A stretch of 64,000 nucleotides of DNA from Eledone cirrhosa (taxonomy: Eukaryota). Each line of letters begins with the position of its first letter. Position 1 is the first letter of the stretch. The position numbers and the translations under genes are program-made. Below, piece by piece: positions 1 to 12,673 of this stretch. The notes beneath the pieces were generated by a model, which was given only the letters and a program-made list of their open reading frames with translations, was not told the DNA's origin and ran no database searches. The DNA lies in the NCBI GenBank assembly GCA_964016885.1, contig OZ024745.1:121892001-121956000 (forward strand), given 5' to 3'.

Positions 1-513
1 ACCAACATGAGCACCTTATATGGTGGACTAAGGGCTTTTGTTGTGTCACCAGCATGCACACCTTACAGGATAGATTGAGAACTTTCAGCCACCCCAGCAG
101 CATTATCAGAGAGTGTGTTCGGCTTTCCATACTTGTATACATGGGTTGGTTAAAAGTGGTGCATCAGATGTGAAAAGTGGGGGAGGGTGACTGTGTATGT
201 AGGCTGGGGATTAGAGAAGTAGGTCTAGGATGGGGTACTTAGCTAGTGAAGGGTGGAATGATTACAATGTGGGAGGAGTATGAAAATAAGAGGGGGAGAT
301 GTGGTACCTACTAGAGACCACTAGATGTTGCTTCATCCTGTGTACATGGGAAGGTGGGTCTTCTGCAGTACTGAATAATGCCGGAGATCTCGATCTTTGT
401 GGGGTGCAATTGTGTGAGGTCAGTTTTTATCACCTCATCTTAAATTTTCCTAGATCTGCCTCTTCCATAGCTTCCATCTACTTTAAGTGCCCTGTACCCT
501 TTTATACGGCTGT

Positions 514-534
514 CACACATACATAAACACACAC

Positions 535-622
<88 letters not shown>
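514..622. repeat. (CA)n microsatellite
   Basis: Directly visible dinucleotide run. Confidence 0.97.
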
Positions 623-628
<6 letters not shown>

Positions 629-768
629 TGGAAAGGCTTCAAACAACGAAGTTCAGGTAGACATAACCATTGGTACATGATAGAAGCCACACATTGGCTT
701 TTTGTAAAAAAGAAGGACATATGAGGTACATAACCCAATTGCAATCTTTAGTCAATGTTTAGCAAATA

Positions 769-798
769 CTAGACCACCTGTGACCCGTTGGGTCACGT
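769..798 (-). mobile_element. Helitron-like 3' terminus (hairpin + CTAG)
   Basis: GTGACCC-gtt-GGGTCAC hairpin (780-796) a few nt from CTAG (769-772), which is followed by T on the minus strand. Confidence 0.55.
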
Positions 799-903
799 TC
801 ATTACAAAATATAAAAAAAAAATTATGTTCACTTAAAAATAAATTTTAAATAATTAAAATATACACAGACATGTATATAATGGGAAATGAAACCGGAAGG
901 CCC

Positions 904-1202
904 ATATATATACGTGTGTGTATGTATATATATATAAATGTGTGTGTATACATATATACATATGTATGTGTGTGTATATATATATGTGGGTGTCTGTGAT
1001 CTATATACACTGGTCATAGACACATACACACACACATATATACACACACACACTCACATATATATATATATATACACAACCACACCATCAGCTCTCTCTC
1101 TCTTCCATTCTCCTTCTCTGTCTCCTCTCCCCTCTCTATGTCTCTCTTTCAATCTACTCTCTCACAACCACTATCTCTTTCTCTCTGTCCTTCTCTCTCT
1201 CT
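904..1202. repeat. Compound (TA)/(TG)/(CA)/(CT) low-complexity tract
   Basis: Visible simple repeats. Confidence 0.9.
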
Positions 1203-1887
1203 GTTTATGAAGGTACCCAAAAAACCCCATATCTCGGGAACCCGTGCTCTGATTTACTTGAAACTTGTTTTATTCCATTTGTATTCCCATTTCAGAAAAA
1301 ATTTCCTTTCAAAGTATTTTCTTATTATGCTCCCTTTTGGCTGTATTACATTACAGACAAACAAGCAAACAAGCAAACATGCAAGCAATCACAGAATTTT
1401 TCCCTGCAAGCAGGGAAAAGCAGACATAGAATGATGATGATGATGATGATGATAGATAGATGTATTATTTTTGGAGATTTAATGAAAGTATTAATTACTT
1501 TCGTGGTGCACTTTTTAAAATTTCAATTCATTTTATTTTATTTCCACATGAGAGAAACCCGTCTATTAAGTTAAGCAGAAGCAACTTTGAAGGCTTATTT
1601 CTAAATTCCCATATGTTCTTTATTTCCTTTTGTGTTATTAATTCTTCTTTGTTGAAACAACACCAAAATGTATAACAGACAGCCAGTTAGGTAGGTAAGT
1701 AAGTAGTTTGGTAAGTTAGAATAATTTTTGGCTCACTGAGACTGTTTAGCTGTTCATGTAATTAAAGTAAAGATTTATGGTGATAGCATTTGCCTGAAAA
1801 TAACTAATCTCTATGATCTGATGATAATGAAGATTTTCCACCTGGCAAATATTAATCCATGTGTAAGGAAGATATTATTACACCCAA

Positions 1888-2110
1888 GGGCGGCGGATTG
1901 GCAGAATTGGTAGAGCGTCGGATACCATGCTTCAAGGCGGAGAGTTGTGGCCCTTTACATTCTGAGTTCAAATCCTGCCGAGGTTAGCTTTGTCTTTCAT
2001 CTTTACGGGGTCGATAAAATAAAGTACCAGTAATGTACTAAGGTGATTTTATCGACTTTGCCCTTCTCCCAAATTTGTTGGCCTTGTGCCTATAGTAGAA
2101 ACAATTATTA
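1888..2110 (+). mobile_element. tRNA-derived SINE family A (central domain resembles the Meta-SINE domain)
   Basis: A-box-like TGGCAGAATTGGT, B-box GAGTTCAAATCC, core CTTTCATC..ACGGGGTCGATAAAATAAAGTACCAG, tail GGCCTTGTGCC..AGAAACAATTATTA; ATTATTACA on both sides; about 10 related copies in the window. Confidence 0.85.
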
Positions 2111-2227
2111 CATCTATCTGAAAGGACACGCACACCTATAGCTGGTATTTACAAATGTACACAATTTCACATTGCTCCAGTTTACTCAGCTGTAGAAATG
2201 AGATGATAGGACTGGGGTCCCTATCAT

Positions 2228-2602
2228 CCCACTGAAAAGTGGTCGTGGAGGTGCCACGGCAAAAAAGCACCCAGCCCACACTGGAAAGTGGTTGTGGAGG
2301 TGCCACGGCAAAAAAGCACCCAGCCCACACTGGAAAGTGGTTGTGGAGGTGCCACGGCAAAAAAGCACCCAGCCCACACTGTAAAGTGGTCGTGTAGGCA
2401 CCACGGCAAAAAGCACCCAGCACTCACTGTAAATGAGGTTGGTATTAGGAAGGGCAGCCAGCTGTAGAAATCAAGCCAGAATCAGTTTCCGTATGAGGAA
2501 GACAAGGTCAGCCAACCGGACACTGCCCACAACAGGACAACCCGTCTAACCCATGCTAGCGTGGAAGAATGGATGTAAAACGGTGATGATGATGATGATA
2601 AT
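2228..2602 (+). mobile_element. RTE-type 3' tail with 49-bp tandem repeats, ending in (GAT)n
   Basis: About 4 copies of ACTG.AAAGTGGT.GTGGAGGTGCCACGGCAAAAAAGCACCCAGCCCAC, then GGAAGGGCA.CCAGCTGTAGAAA...CCCATGCTAGC.TGGAA...GATGATGAT; the same tail follows RTE ORF remnants at 15700 and 38100. Confidence 0.8.
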
Positions 2603-2817
2603 GACATCCATATTATCACAATCCTCAGCATCATTTTACATCAATTTTCCAGGCTGGCATGGGCTGGATGAGTTGGTATAGCTTAAGTGAACTCTTTGTC
2701 AGAATTACTCTTCTATATGGGTCAGTGTAAGTATGCATACGTACACACTCATATACACACACACACACACACACATATATATACATCTACATATGTAAGT
2801 ATGGGTTATATCGAACA

Positions 2818-3007
2818 TTAATAATTGTTTCTACTTCTGGCACAAGGCCAGCAATTATACCAGTGCATTACTGGTACTTTATTTTATCGACCCCGTAAGG
2901 ATGAAAGGCAAAGTTAACCTCGGTGGGATTTGAACTCAGACCATAAAGGAGCGTAACTCTTTGCTGCAAAGCATGGCATCCGATCCTCTACCGATACTGC
3001 CAATCCA
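2818..3007 (-). mobile_element. tRNA-derived SINE family A
   Basis: Reverse complement of the 1888-2110 motifs. Confidence 0.85.
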
Positions 3008-3029
3008 AATAATATTCAATTTGTTTGTA

Positions 3030-3480
3030 AACAAATGACCCAATTAAAGCTGTGCCATGTCGATGACAAATTGTCATCCGTTTGTTCAACACTGGCATCG
3101 AGGAACACTCAACATGTTTCTGGGTCATTATTCTTCATCAGGACTGTATACCTCTGCCAATATGTTGAATGGTTGAAAATATATAGTACGGGTCAGGTTG
3201 TAATGAAATCTCTTCACGGACTGACCCCCAGATGATATCTAACTAACATTTTCACTGCTATCTCCATTGGTGTTAGTTGTCTGAAGTGGCAGGTCATTTT
3301 TAGATGAAAGCAAAATAGATCCTTTTGATCAGTCGATAAGGAATCTTCATAGAGTAAAAATGTAGTATATTGCGTTACGCAGAACAGGCCCTTTGGGTCT
3401 CTCTCTCTCTCTACCAAGCCAGTGAAGTTCAATACACCCACGAAGTTTTGGTAAATACAACTTTAATAATACTTTTACAA
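3030..3480 (-). mobile_element. Possible Gypsy LTR/PBS/gag remnant
   Basis: Minus strand: ATTAAA...TACTACA LTR-like end, TGGGGGTCAGTCCG (partial match to a tRNA-Pro PBS), then NDPETC*VFLDA reminiscent of the gag DP..WF...EA motif. Confidence 0.3.
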
Positions 3481-3989
3481 ACAAACAAATAACACATACA
3501 TATCTTGACAAATAACGTAAAACCATTCATCTGTGTTTATTTGCTCTTAGTGTATTTTTATATAACTTTGGTGTAAGTTATATTTAATAAATTAGTAACA
3601 TAGTGGCTTTGTGTTATCGTGTTTTTTTTTAATATATTTCATTTTCTGCACGATCAAGGAACTATCATATCATCATCTTATTGAACACTTATTCACTTGC
3701 TTGAACACCATACAATCTCTGGTCACACTGTCAACAGCGCCCATACTGTTCAGCAATCTACAAGTGAGCACACATGCAACAAATGAATCAACACCACAAC
3801 ATCACCATCCATCTCGCTGGTGACCATGTCTCATTGATTGTGTATACTTATATATATATATATATGTATATATACACACACACATACACATATATTGTTT
3901 AGTCTGGTATGCTGGTCTGAGCATATTGTACCCACAATAGCTGGCAATGAAAAAGCCGTGGGAAACTAAACAAGAACAACCCGCCATCC

Positions 3990-6613
3990 TCTATATATCC
4001 TCACAAGCTGAAATCCAGATACAAAGTGTTGTCCTTAAATGCTTCTAGTTTATTCAAGAAGATCCATCTTTTTGATTCTTACATCAAAAGTATTGACCCC
4101 GATTTCATTACAGTCACGGAAGCATGGGTGCATTCTTTACACTGTGATGGGGTTTTCAGCATAGCTGGCTACAACTTTTTTTCGCAAAGACTACATTAAT
4201 CGCTGTGGTGATGATTTGATGATTTACGTTTGTTCAAACTTTTCAGCAATTCCTTGCAATGATTTAAACCAATCACAAGATATGTTCTGCTATATATGTA
4301 TGACCATATCAACACTTCTACTTGGAGTTGTTTACCGCCCTCCAAATTGCCATCAGGACACACAGAGCTGCTGCCTGGAAAACAGCCACTTATGTTTTCA
4401 TTGTAGACAACTTTAATTACCCTGAGATTAATTGGAAAACCTTTTGTTGGCTGCAAAGTTCAAATGATTACCTTGAGCTTGTGCTAGATTTGAGCTGGTC
4501 CCAAGTAGTCACCTCCTCCACAAGAGGTGACAACACTTTGGATCTATTCTTTACCACTACTCCTGAAATGGTTATTAGTGTCACTACTGAAGAGACTTTA
4601 GGTGACTCTGATCATGCTATGATCATTGCTAATCTGTCTCTTATGGGCAGTAACAAAAACCACAACCCTCTCCAAACTGTTTGCTTTGACTGGAATAAAA
4701 CAGACTGGAACTCTTACAACACTGAGTTACAAGACCCAAACTGGCTTGAATTTTACAACTCTGGAGATGTGAACACTATACTTCAGAACATCCTGAACTC
4801 AATATGGACAGCATGTACAGCATCAGTACCATGTAAGCACATAAACATCTCCAAAGTGCAATTTGGGAGACTGCAGCAGTCCGACTTGCCAGGGAAGAAA
4901 TTGTTATCCTGAACAGGAAAACAAACTACATAGATCAGAGGTTAATAGAAAAAAGTGCAATAAATCATCCAACCATCTCAAGCAGGAGATAAAAAAGGCA
5001 GTTCTTGAATTTGAATAACGCATAGCAACTAACCCTGACAGTAAAGTGTTCTGGAAATATGTATGTTCAAAGCAGAGACCTCATTCTCCAGTTGGTCCTC
5101 TTTGCAATCCCCACACAAGCCAGATTACTAACGATCCCAAAGAATTTGCAGAACTTATTGCTGAATGCTATGCAGGCATTGTTACTGTTGAAAACCAAAA
5201 TGTACCATTTCCACCACCTCTGACATAAAATTTGATAACAACTATGAAATTTACACCTGCAATGCTGCGACGCCATTTTAAGAATAAGCACAACTATACC
5301 TCTCCTGGTCTTGATGGTGTTACATACCTACTTCTCGAACCTGGTGGGTACTTTCTTCTGAATCAGCTTTCACTCTTCTTTCAATTCTGTCTGAACAATG
5401 GTGTTATCCCAGAGCAGTGGAAAATTTCCAGTGTCATTCCTCTGTTCAAAAAGAGTGTCTGGACGTCACCTGTCAACTATCGTCCAGTTAGTCTTACAAG
5501 TTGCATCACCAAACTGATCGAGTCCTGTATTAGAGAAACACTCTGGAACTCTCACAGCCTTATCTGGCCTTTGTAATTTGGATTTATCCCTAACTCCAGC
5601 TGCTATGATGAACTCATCGAGTTTCTTGAAGACATTGTCCGAATCACTGATGCCAGCTCATGGGTGGATATTGTGTATCTTGACTTTGCTAAAGCTTTTA
5701 ATTATGTGCCACACAAATGACTCATGGCAAAACTCTCTGAGGCTAGTGTGAGAGATGATTTTTATAACTGGTTGAAGTCCTTCATTCTCAGTCGAAAAAA
5801 GGTAGTCACTGTTCTAGGACAGCATTCTTCACCCTATAAGATGACATCTGGTGTACCACAGGCATCTGTTCTTGGTCCCCTTTTGTTTATTGCATATATT
5901 AATGACATAGATGCCAACTTAAATAATGCCACAGTACTGAAATACGCAGATGATGGCAAGCTGTACCTTGAGATAAAAAGGACAGACCCTGTATGCTATA
6001 GATCTTTCCTGCAATCAGACCTGGATTATGGACTGGCAACTCAAGCTGGCTGTGGACAAGTGTACTACCATGCATTTTGGGAGGAAAAACCCAGTTTTCA
6101 CATACTCCTTCCACAACACCAATCTCAATAAGTTTCTTGTAAATCTGACCTGGGCATTACCATCAACAGTAATTTGCGTTGGACAAAGCACATCTCTAAA
6201 ATTGTCATGAAAGCCAAGGGTGTCTTAGCATCACTCAGTAAGATCTTTGTCATCTGCTCTCCAGCTATCTATTTAAAGCTGTTTATAACTATGGTACGGC
6301 CACACTTAGAATTTACATCACCAGAACATTGACCTCTTGGAAACTGTTCAGAGATGTGCAACCAAGCGAATACCCTCCATCAGGCATCTACCATACTCTG
6401 AATGCCTCGCTTCCCTAGGCATGGATACATTAAAGCTCTGACGTCTGGTAATTGACTTGGTAGACACCCAAAAGATTATTTACCATCTTTCCAACAACAA
6501 CACTGAGAAGCTTTTTGAATTCCATGTGTCTAACACCAATGGACGTTGCTTAAAAAATCAGAAAACAGCACAGCTCCCATGACTTTCGGAAATATTTTTT
6601 CACGCTCAGAGTT
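3990..6613 (+). mobile_element. CR1-type LINE, degenerate ORF2 (APE endonuclease + reverse transcriptase)
   Basis: GVVYRPP, NFNYPEINW, TRGDNTLDLFF, LGDSDH (APE); SPGLDG, NYRPVSLTS, YLDFAKAF, SGVPQASVLGPLLF, YADD at 5943-5954 (RT); many stops and frameshifts. Confidence 0.93.
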
Positions 6614-6703
6614 TGCCTTTCATCCTTACAGGGTCGATAAAATAAAGTACCAGTAATGTACTGGATAATTGCTGGCCTTGTGCCAAAAGTAGAAACAATT
6701 ATT
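6613..6703 (+). mobile_element. SINE family A, 3' half, fused to the CR1 end
   Basis: TGCCTTTCATCCTTACAGGGTCGATAAAATAAAGTACCAG...GGCCTTGTGCC..AGAAACAATTATTA. Confidence 0.8.
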
Positions 6704-7236
6704 ATACATACATACATATATATATACATACATATATACACACATACATACATACATACACATACATACATACATATATACATATGTGTGTATGTGGGAA
6801 CGTTTAGGAAAAAGTAATGAAGTGTAGACAGCAATAAGAGTATAGAAAGATGTTTTAAATAAATAGATAGATAAATAAATATAAAATGACTTTTATCTCT
6901 CCATATACTTTGCCAACCATCTCAAATGGTTGAATATAAATAGATCATACTAGAATTGGTTTCATTGGAATATCTCTACTTAACACAGCATAAAACAGTC
7001 GGTATGCATTTGAAGCTAACACCTTTTCTGATTGCCTCTGACAGGTTTGCATCCTGGATATTTATGTTATTTAACTGTTAATATCCTGTACCACATGAAA
7101 GCACATTAACCAGATATTCTTGAAAAGTACAAACCAGTTACAAAACAGACTGCATCACATTATAAATTGATGTCTTTAATATAATATTGCAAATTTTCAC
7201 AAATATCTGTCCAGATACTATAAATATTTGATTTAA

Positions 7237-7639
7237 CCCTTTAACATTTAAGCCAGTCGTATTCAGCCAGAATTCTCTCACCTCTTTCTGTTAAAACCAG
7301 TTGTAACCAGTTGCTCGCACTGATTTTAATGTATTCTCAAAATAAATAATATCAAAATCTCATAGATTCGATATTATGTGAAGTAAAGCCTTTACCATGA
7401 AAATATAATAGTAATAATTGTTTCTACTATTGGCACAAGGCCAGAAATTACCCAGTACATTACTGGTACTTTATTTTATCGACCCCGTAAGGATGAAAGG
7501 CAAAGTTAACCTCGGCGGGATTTGAACTCAGAATAGCAAGGGCCGTAACTCTATGCATCAAAGCATGGTGTCCGACCCTCTACCGATACTGCCAATCCAC
7601 CGCCATAGTAATAATAAGAGTAATATAGATACTAAAGGG
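7237..7639 (+). mobile_element. piggyBac-type MITE (TTAA TSD) interrupted by a SINE
   Basis: TTAA-CCCTTTAACATTTA ... ACTAAAGGG-TTAA; internal sequence shared with 7 other copies. Confidence 0.85.
7419..7604 (-). mobile_element. tRNA-derived SINE family A inside the MITE
   Basis: Family A motifs; 11-bp TSD ATAGTAATAAT at 7408-7418 and 7605-7615. Confidence 0.88.
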
Positions 7640-7849
7640 TTAATCTAATATTGTAAATTTTCACAAATATCTGTCAAGATACTATAAACATTTGAATTAA
7701 CAAACACTTTTAAAAAATATTTTCTACTAAATTCTTTCATTAGTTTTGGTTAAATATTATTTAACCTTTTTGTTAAATATGTTCACTCCTTGTAAAATAA
7801 TAGTTTTATTTTATTTTTGGTTAAAGAGAGGTCTACATCCTAGTCAGCT

Positions 7850-8100
7850 GTCTAGTTGGATTTAATGGTAGAGAATTGGATTCTCAATCATGTTGTTGTG
7901 AGTTTGTTTCCCAGACTGGGCCATGCATTATGTCCTTGAGCAAGACACTTAACTTCATGTTGCTCTTTCTGCCAGGAGTTATGACTGGTAGATAGTAACA
8001 GCAATGGAAAGACCAATGGAAACATTGTTTCCTTGGTTCGATTTTGATGAGCTGCACCCTACTCATTAAGCAAATGAGGTCTGGGATCTTGTTGATCATT
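7850..8100 (+). mobile_element. tRNA-derived SINE family B (CORE-like domain)
   Basis: TGTCCTTGAGCAAGACACTTAAC...TTGCTC motif; similar to 42507 and 56903 copies. Confidence 0.65.
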
Positions 8101-8389
8101 AAAAAAAAATCTAATTAGAAATCATGCTGGTATGGGTTTGACAGGAATTTTTAGGCAATGATTTATGGCCAGATGCTCTTCCTCATGCTAACCCATTTAG
8201 ATACTTCTTATGACATGCTGTGACACACTATCTATTCTTAAAAAAACAGGGTACATGAATAAAATATGTCTAAGATATATTGTCTCAAAAGGGCTAGCGG
8301 TTGTTTTATGATTTCTTGGAATTCTCTAGAAGAGTTAATAGATAGGTGACTTGGTCACATATATTGTATTTTAATTTTTTTTTTACTGC

Positions 8390-9020
8390 TTCGATGGCTG
8401 TGTAATAGTAATATATATGAACGGCAAAGCATAAATGAACTGAGAGAGAAATTAGGCATAAGAGGGATCAGATGCAGTGTGCAGGAGAAGAGATTGCAAT
8501 GGTATGGGCATGTGATGCATATGAAGAATGAGAGCTGTATAAAAAGGTGCAGGGCACTCAAAGTTGATAGAAGCTATGGAGTTGGAAGACCCTAGGAAGA
8601 CTTGGGATGAGGTAATAAAAGCTGACCTTACACAATTGCACCTCTCAAAGGTGATGACACAGGACCGAGATATCTGATGTTATGCAGTAATACAAAAGAC
8701 CCACCTTCGTATGAGTACAGGTTGAAGCATTCATCTAGTTAGTATGCACCACCTTCTCTTCCATACACCTCCACCCATGCCCTAACACTCCATTCCTAGA
8801 TCTACCTCCTCAATCCCCACACACCTCCCCCACCCAAGTCTCCAGTCCACACTGTAAATGTGGTTGGCATTAGGAAGGGCATCCAGCCATAGAAACCAAA
8901 CCAAGATCGGTTCTGTATGAACATGACATGCTCGCTTGACTTAACTTGTCTCACAACGGAATAACAAATCCATGCTAGCATGGAAAAATGGTGGTGATGA
9001 TGATGATGATGATGATGATA
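8390..9020 (+). mobile_element. RTE LINE 3' fragment
   Basis: Encodes ...LREKLGIRGIRCSVQEKRLQWYGHVM...; collinear with 15350-15880; (GAT)n tail. Confidence 0.85.
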
Positions 9021-9211
9021 ATGGTGTTTAGTCAAGGAGAGAAGTGACTCATGACCCTTTCCAGGGCCTTCAATACAGAAGGTAGAGAGAAAGAAGGATA
9101 CATTGAAACCAGAAACCTGATCTGAATGTTTGCAATAAATAGGATTCCATGAAAGGCACCCATGAGCCAGGTGGTGGTGGTAAACCAGCAACACTATGAT
9201 TTTAACAGAAA

Positions 9212-9420
9212 TTCTTCTTCTTGTCATGTCCACAACAGTGTCAGTTACAAAGCTTGGCTAGATGTAGTTCCGCCACAGCTGAACACATTGCTGTCCTTTT
9301 CCATTAAACTCTGCCAAGTCCAATGCTGTGCAGGGGTGTTCCAGCAGGGGGCATATCAGGAGGTGGTTTGATGCCACAGTCACACAACGTCCCCATCCTT
9401 TAAATATCCCCATTTTGCAA
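9212..9420 (-). mobile_element. Vingi/Ingi-like LINE 3' end (C-terminal CCHC zinc knuckle)
   Basis: Minus strand reads TLCDCG / (frameshift) HLLICPLLEHPCTALDLAEFNGKGQQCVQLWRNYI*, then a short UTR ending in (AAG)n. Confidence 0.6.
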
Positions 9421-9499
9421 GATTGATTTTTGCACGTCTGACACTAGATCTTAGTCAGTGTAGGCATTTCCACACTACATAGTTTGTATCTGCATCTAC

Positions 9500-9588
9500 A
9501 CCGTGGCCCTGGGAGTATCAATAAGATAGCAAGATCAACTAGATCGACAAGATACTGCTAATCCTATCACCACTACAAGCAACAGTTA
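9500..9588 (+). repeat. Short unclassified interspersed repeat (other copies at 48265-48380 and 62954-63041, both reversed)
   Basis: GGGAGTATC.ATAAGAT...CAAGATACTGCTAATCCTATCAC..C.ACAAGCAACAGT found three times. Confidence 0.75.
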
Positions 9589-10269
9589 ACAGGAATAAAA
9601 GTAGTCTTTTATATAAAAAAACAACTTCTTTAGTAAGTTAACATTTCCCAAACATTGTTTTGCACATTTCTTTTATCATTGTCAACTTCTTTCTTTATTA
9701 TTTTCTGAACTACCACTTCCTTTTCCCTTTACTTTTGTTTTTCCCCACCTTCGTTTTCTCATGTTCTGTCATACAACCAAGGAGACATATACATCTTTGG
9801 AATTAATTACAAAGAGCTAATCAAACACCTACACTTTAGACAGTTCACCAGGCTAATGTTTCCTCTTTATTCTGAAAGCCAGGTCACTCATTTGCAAACA
9901 TAAGATAACAGAAATGTTTATAAAATGTCTTTCTATAGGAATAACAGTTGAAACATTTTGTATTTCATAAGAAGCATGTCAGTGATATAATCTCTAAATA
10001 AAGACAGGGTATTTAAAGAGAATTACAATGCTTAATTTATTCTGCTTGTGGCTAATATTAACTTGAGCACAAGGTCACTAGTGTATTGTGAAGTGGTGTG
10101 TATATATTTGATAGAATCAACTTCAACTTTTCTGAGGTGCTTATTTTATTCCTTGCCTGGAAGGATTTGAACTCAGAACATAAGATGTAGTCAACTACCA
10201 GAAGATGTCATTTAGTTTACCTGAAATATCATTTAGTTTGGCAATCTACTAATTTTGACATTCAAGATA

Positions 10270-10395
10270 TAATAATGGTTTCTAATTTAGGCACAAGGCC
10301 AGCAATTTTAGTGGAGAGGAAAGTCAATTAAATCGATCCCAGTGCATTACTGGTTCTTTATTTTATCAACACTCTAAGAATAAAAGGCAAAGCTT
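10270..10395 (-). mobile_element. SINE family A, partial
   Basis: GGCACAAGGCCAGCAATT...CCCAGTGCATTACTGGT.CTTTATTTTATC. Confidence 0.75.
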
Positions 10396-10603
10396 AGCGG
10401 ACCACTTTATATATTTTCCGTGGATCTCTGAAATCTCCCATGAGCATTTTCAGTGGGTTTATTGATAAAAGGACTCACATTTTCTGAACAAAAGTACTTT
10501 ATATTTTCATATACTTGCAACAGATCAAACTAATAAAAAGAAAAGGAAGATAATATTAAAAACACACACAAAGAACAATAATAGCAACAAAATTTTGATT
10601 TAA

Positions 10604-10913
10604 CCCTTTAGCATTTAAACTGGCTGTAACTGGTCAGAATTCTCTCATCTCTTTCTTTTTAAACTGGCTGTATCTGGCCAGAATTGTCTCACCTATTTCT
10701 TTTCAAACTGGCTGTATCTGGTCAGAATTCTCTCACCTCTTTCTTTTTAAACTGGCTGTAACTGGCTACTCAACACTTATTTTAATGTATTGTTCTCAAA
10801 ATAAATAACATCAAAATCTCATAGAGTCGATATTATGTGAAATAATTATGTGAGATAAAGTGTTTGCTGTGAAAATACAATAGTAAATATAGAATAATGT
10901 AAATGCTAAAAGG
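10604..10913 (+). mobile_element. piggyBac-type MITE with internal ~44-bp triplication
   Basis: TTAA-CCCTTTAGCATTTA ... TAAATGCTAAAAGG-TTAG; unit AAACTGGCTGTA.CTGG.CAGAATT.TCTCA repeated three times. Confidence 0.85.
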
Positions 10914-11579
10914 TTAGATTGTAGCATCAATCAAATCACTTGATGGCATTTCTGTGATGGAAACTTTAAATTTATGATTCAATTTACTTAATTTCTGCTT
11001 TTAATGATATTAAGAACAAAAGACATTTTGAATAATGAAGAAAAACAGAAATATAGATAAAAGCAATTTCTGGTTGTGTGTAGTTAAAATCTACAAACAA
11101 AACATACCAAACAATGCTAACAATATCTAAAAATAGAAATAAAAAGTTTTCTGAATAATTGATAATATGATTAAAAGCAGACATTTAATTAATTTATCTT
11201 AAATTAAGGATAATTGTTTATACTTTTATAATTAAAAAATAATATTAAGGTTATATACTAGTTTGTGACATTGCTCTAAGCTGGTGTTTTCCAAAATAGG
11301 TTTCATGAAAATATTCTAGGTTCTGCGAAAAACATCTGGGGTTTCACAAGATAAGTCCCTTTTGAATATAATTTCATAATTTTTTTTATTATATATCAAT
11401 GAATTTTCTCTCTAAAATAATTTTTCTTACATAATTCCTTTGTGTTGTAAGAGGTGACTGAAACAGTTGGCATCATGAAGGACACCAGGCTGTAAAACAT
11501 TGTCTCAAAACATCCTATCCAACCCATGCTAGCATCAAAAAGTAATTGTAAAACATATATAATATAATTTTATTCATAG

Positions 11580-11915
11580 TTGCACAAATAACATTACAAA
11601 TCGTTTGCAATTCCTTCAGAACGAAAATATAAACAGAGCATATAAATAAATTTACAGTAGAATAACATAACAAATATGTTTTAAATATATACATTACAAA
11701 TGCTTCAGTAACACTATAAAGGATGATACAATGAAAGATATATTCTTTTAATGTTACAATATTAAAGAAAATGTAAAGGAAGAGGTGAACAACGGAGCCA
11801 ACACCAGAGCAAAAGACAACAAGGTTGCGAGTACTGGGCAACCTCTCTAATGATTTTTGAGGCAAGCCAGCACACTCGCAGCGTTGCCTCAGGTGATGGC
11901 GAGGCTGAACTGACA
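11580..11915 (-). mobile_element. CRE-clade non-LTR element, 3' end
   Basis: Minus strand reads QFSLAIT*GNAASVLACLKNH* (RGNA motif); AT-rich 3' UTR shared with 31985-32100. Confidence 0.6.
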
Positions 11916-12129
11916 ATGAATGATGATAATTCACCATTTTGATATCAAACCATCTGAAACCACCTCTGGTTTTCTCATAAAAACTGTTTATTTTAATGTT
12001 TTTGTATTTATCAAAGAGACTTGCAAGAGCAGTGCCTGCCATGTAGAGAGGAGTTGTTAGTAAAGTTAGAGTAGGTAATGAGTTTAGTGAAGAGTACAAT
12101 GTATAGGTTATCTCATCAGGACTCTCTCT

Positions 12130-12673
12130 TTAGCACACTTCTGTTTATTATAGTTCTCCAGGTCACATCAGAAGACAACTGGCTGTCCTTGGGAACTTCT
12201 ATATGTAGATGACCTGGTTCTTATAGCTGAATCTGTGGATGAGCTAGAGAAGAAATTCATGTGGAAATAGAACTTAGAACTTAAAGGGCTTAGAATAAAC
12301 TTAACCCTTTAGCATTTAAACCGGCCAGAATTCTCTCAATTTTTTCTGTTCAAACCAGTCGTAACTGGCTGCTCATACCCATGTTAAGGTATTGTTCTCA
12401 AAATAAATAATATCAAAATCTCATAAATTTGTTATGTGAGATATAATTATGTGAGATAAAGCCTTTACTGTGAAAATACAATAGTAAATATAGAATAATG
12501 TGAATGCTAAAGGGTTAACAAAGACCAAAGTTTTAGAAAGAAGGAAAGATGACAAGACTCTGATATCATCAGGGAAGTGGTTGAACTCAATATGTAGAAA
12601 TTCTATATGATGTACACAATATAAAATATCAATACACAAAAGGTGTAGTAGGGTACTTTTTGTTACGTAGGTG
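12130..12673 (+). mobile_element. RTE LINE RT fragment (hosts a MITE; ends at a hAT insertion)
   Basis: PWELLYVDDLVLIA, GLRINL/TKTKV, FCYVG; collinear with 14710-15125. Confidence 0.8.
12305..12514 (+). mobile_element. piggyBac-type MITE inserted in an RTE fragment
   Basis: TTAA-CCCTTTAGCATT ... AATGCTAAAGGG-TTAA; RTE sequence continues on both sides. Confidence 0.9.

Noticed and set aside
1888-1985. tRNA gene
   Set aside because: A/B boxes continue into a multi-copy SINE body; no cloverleaf or T-run terminator
3110-3145. Minus-strand CTGATGA...GAAACATG hammerhead candidate
   Set aside because: Stem II does not pair and stem I is only 2 bp
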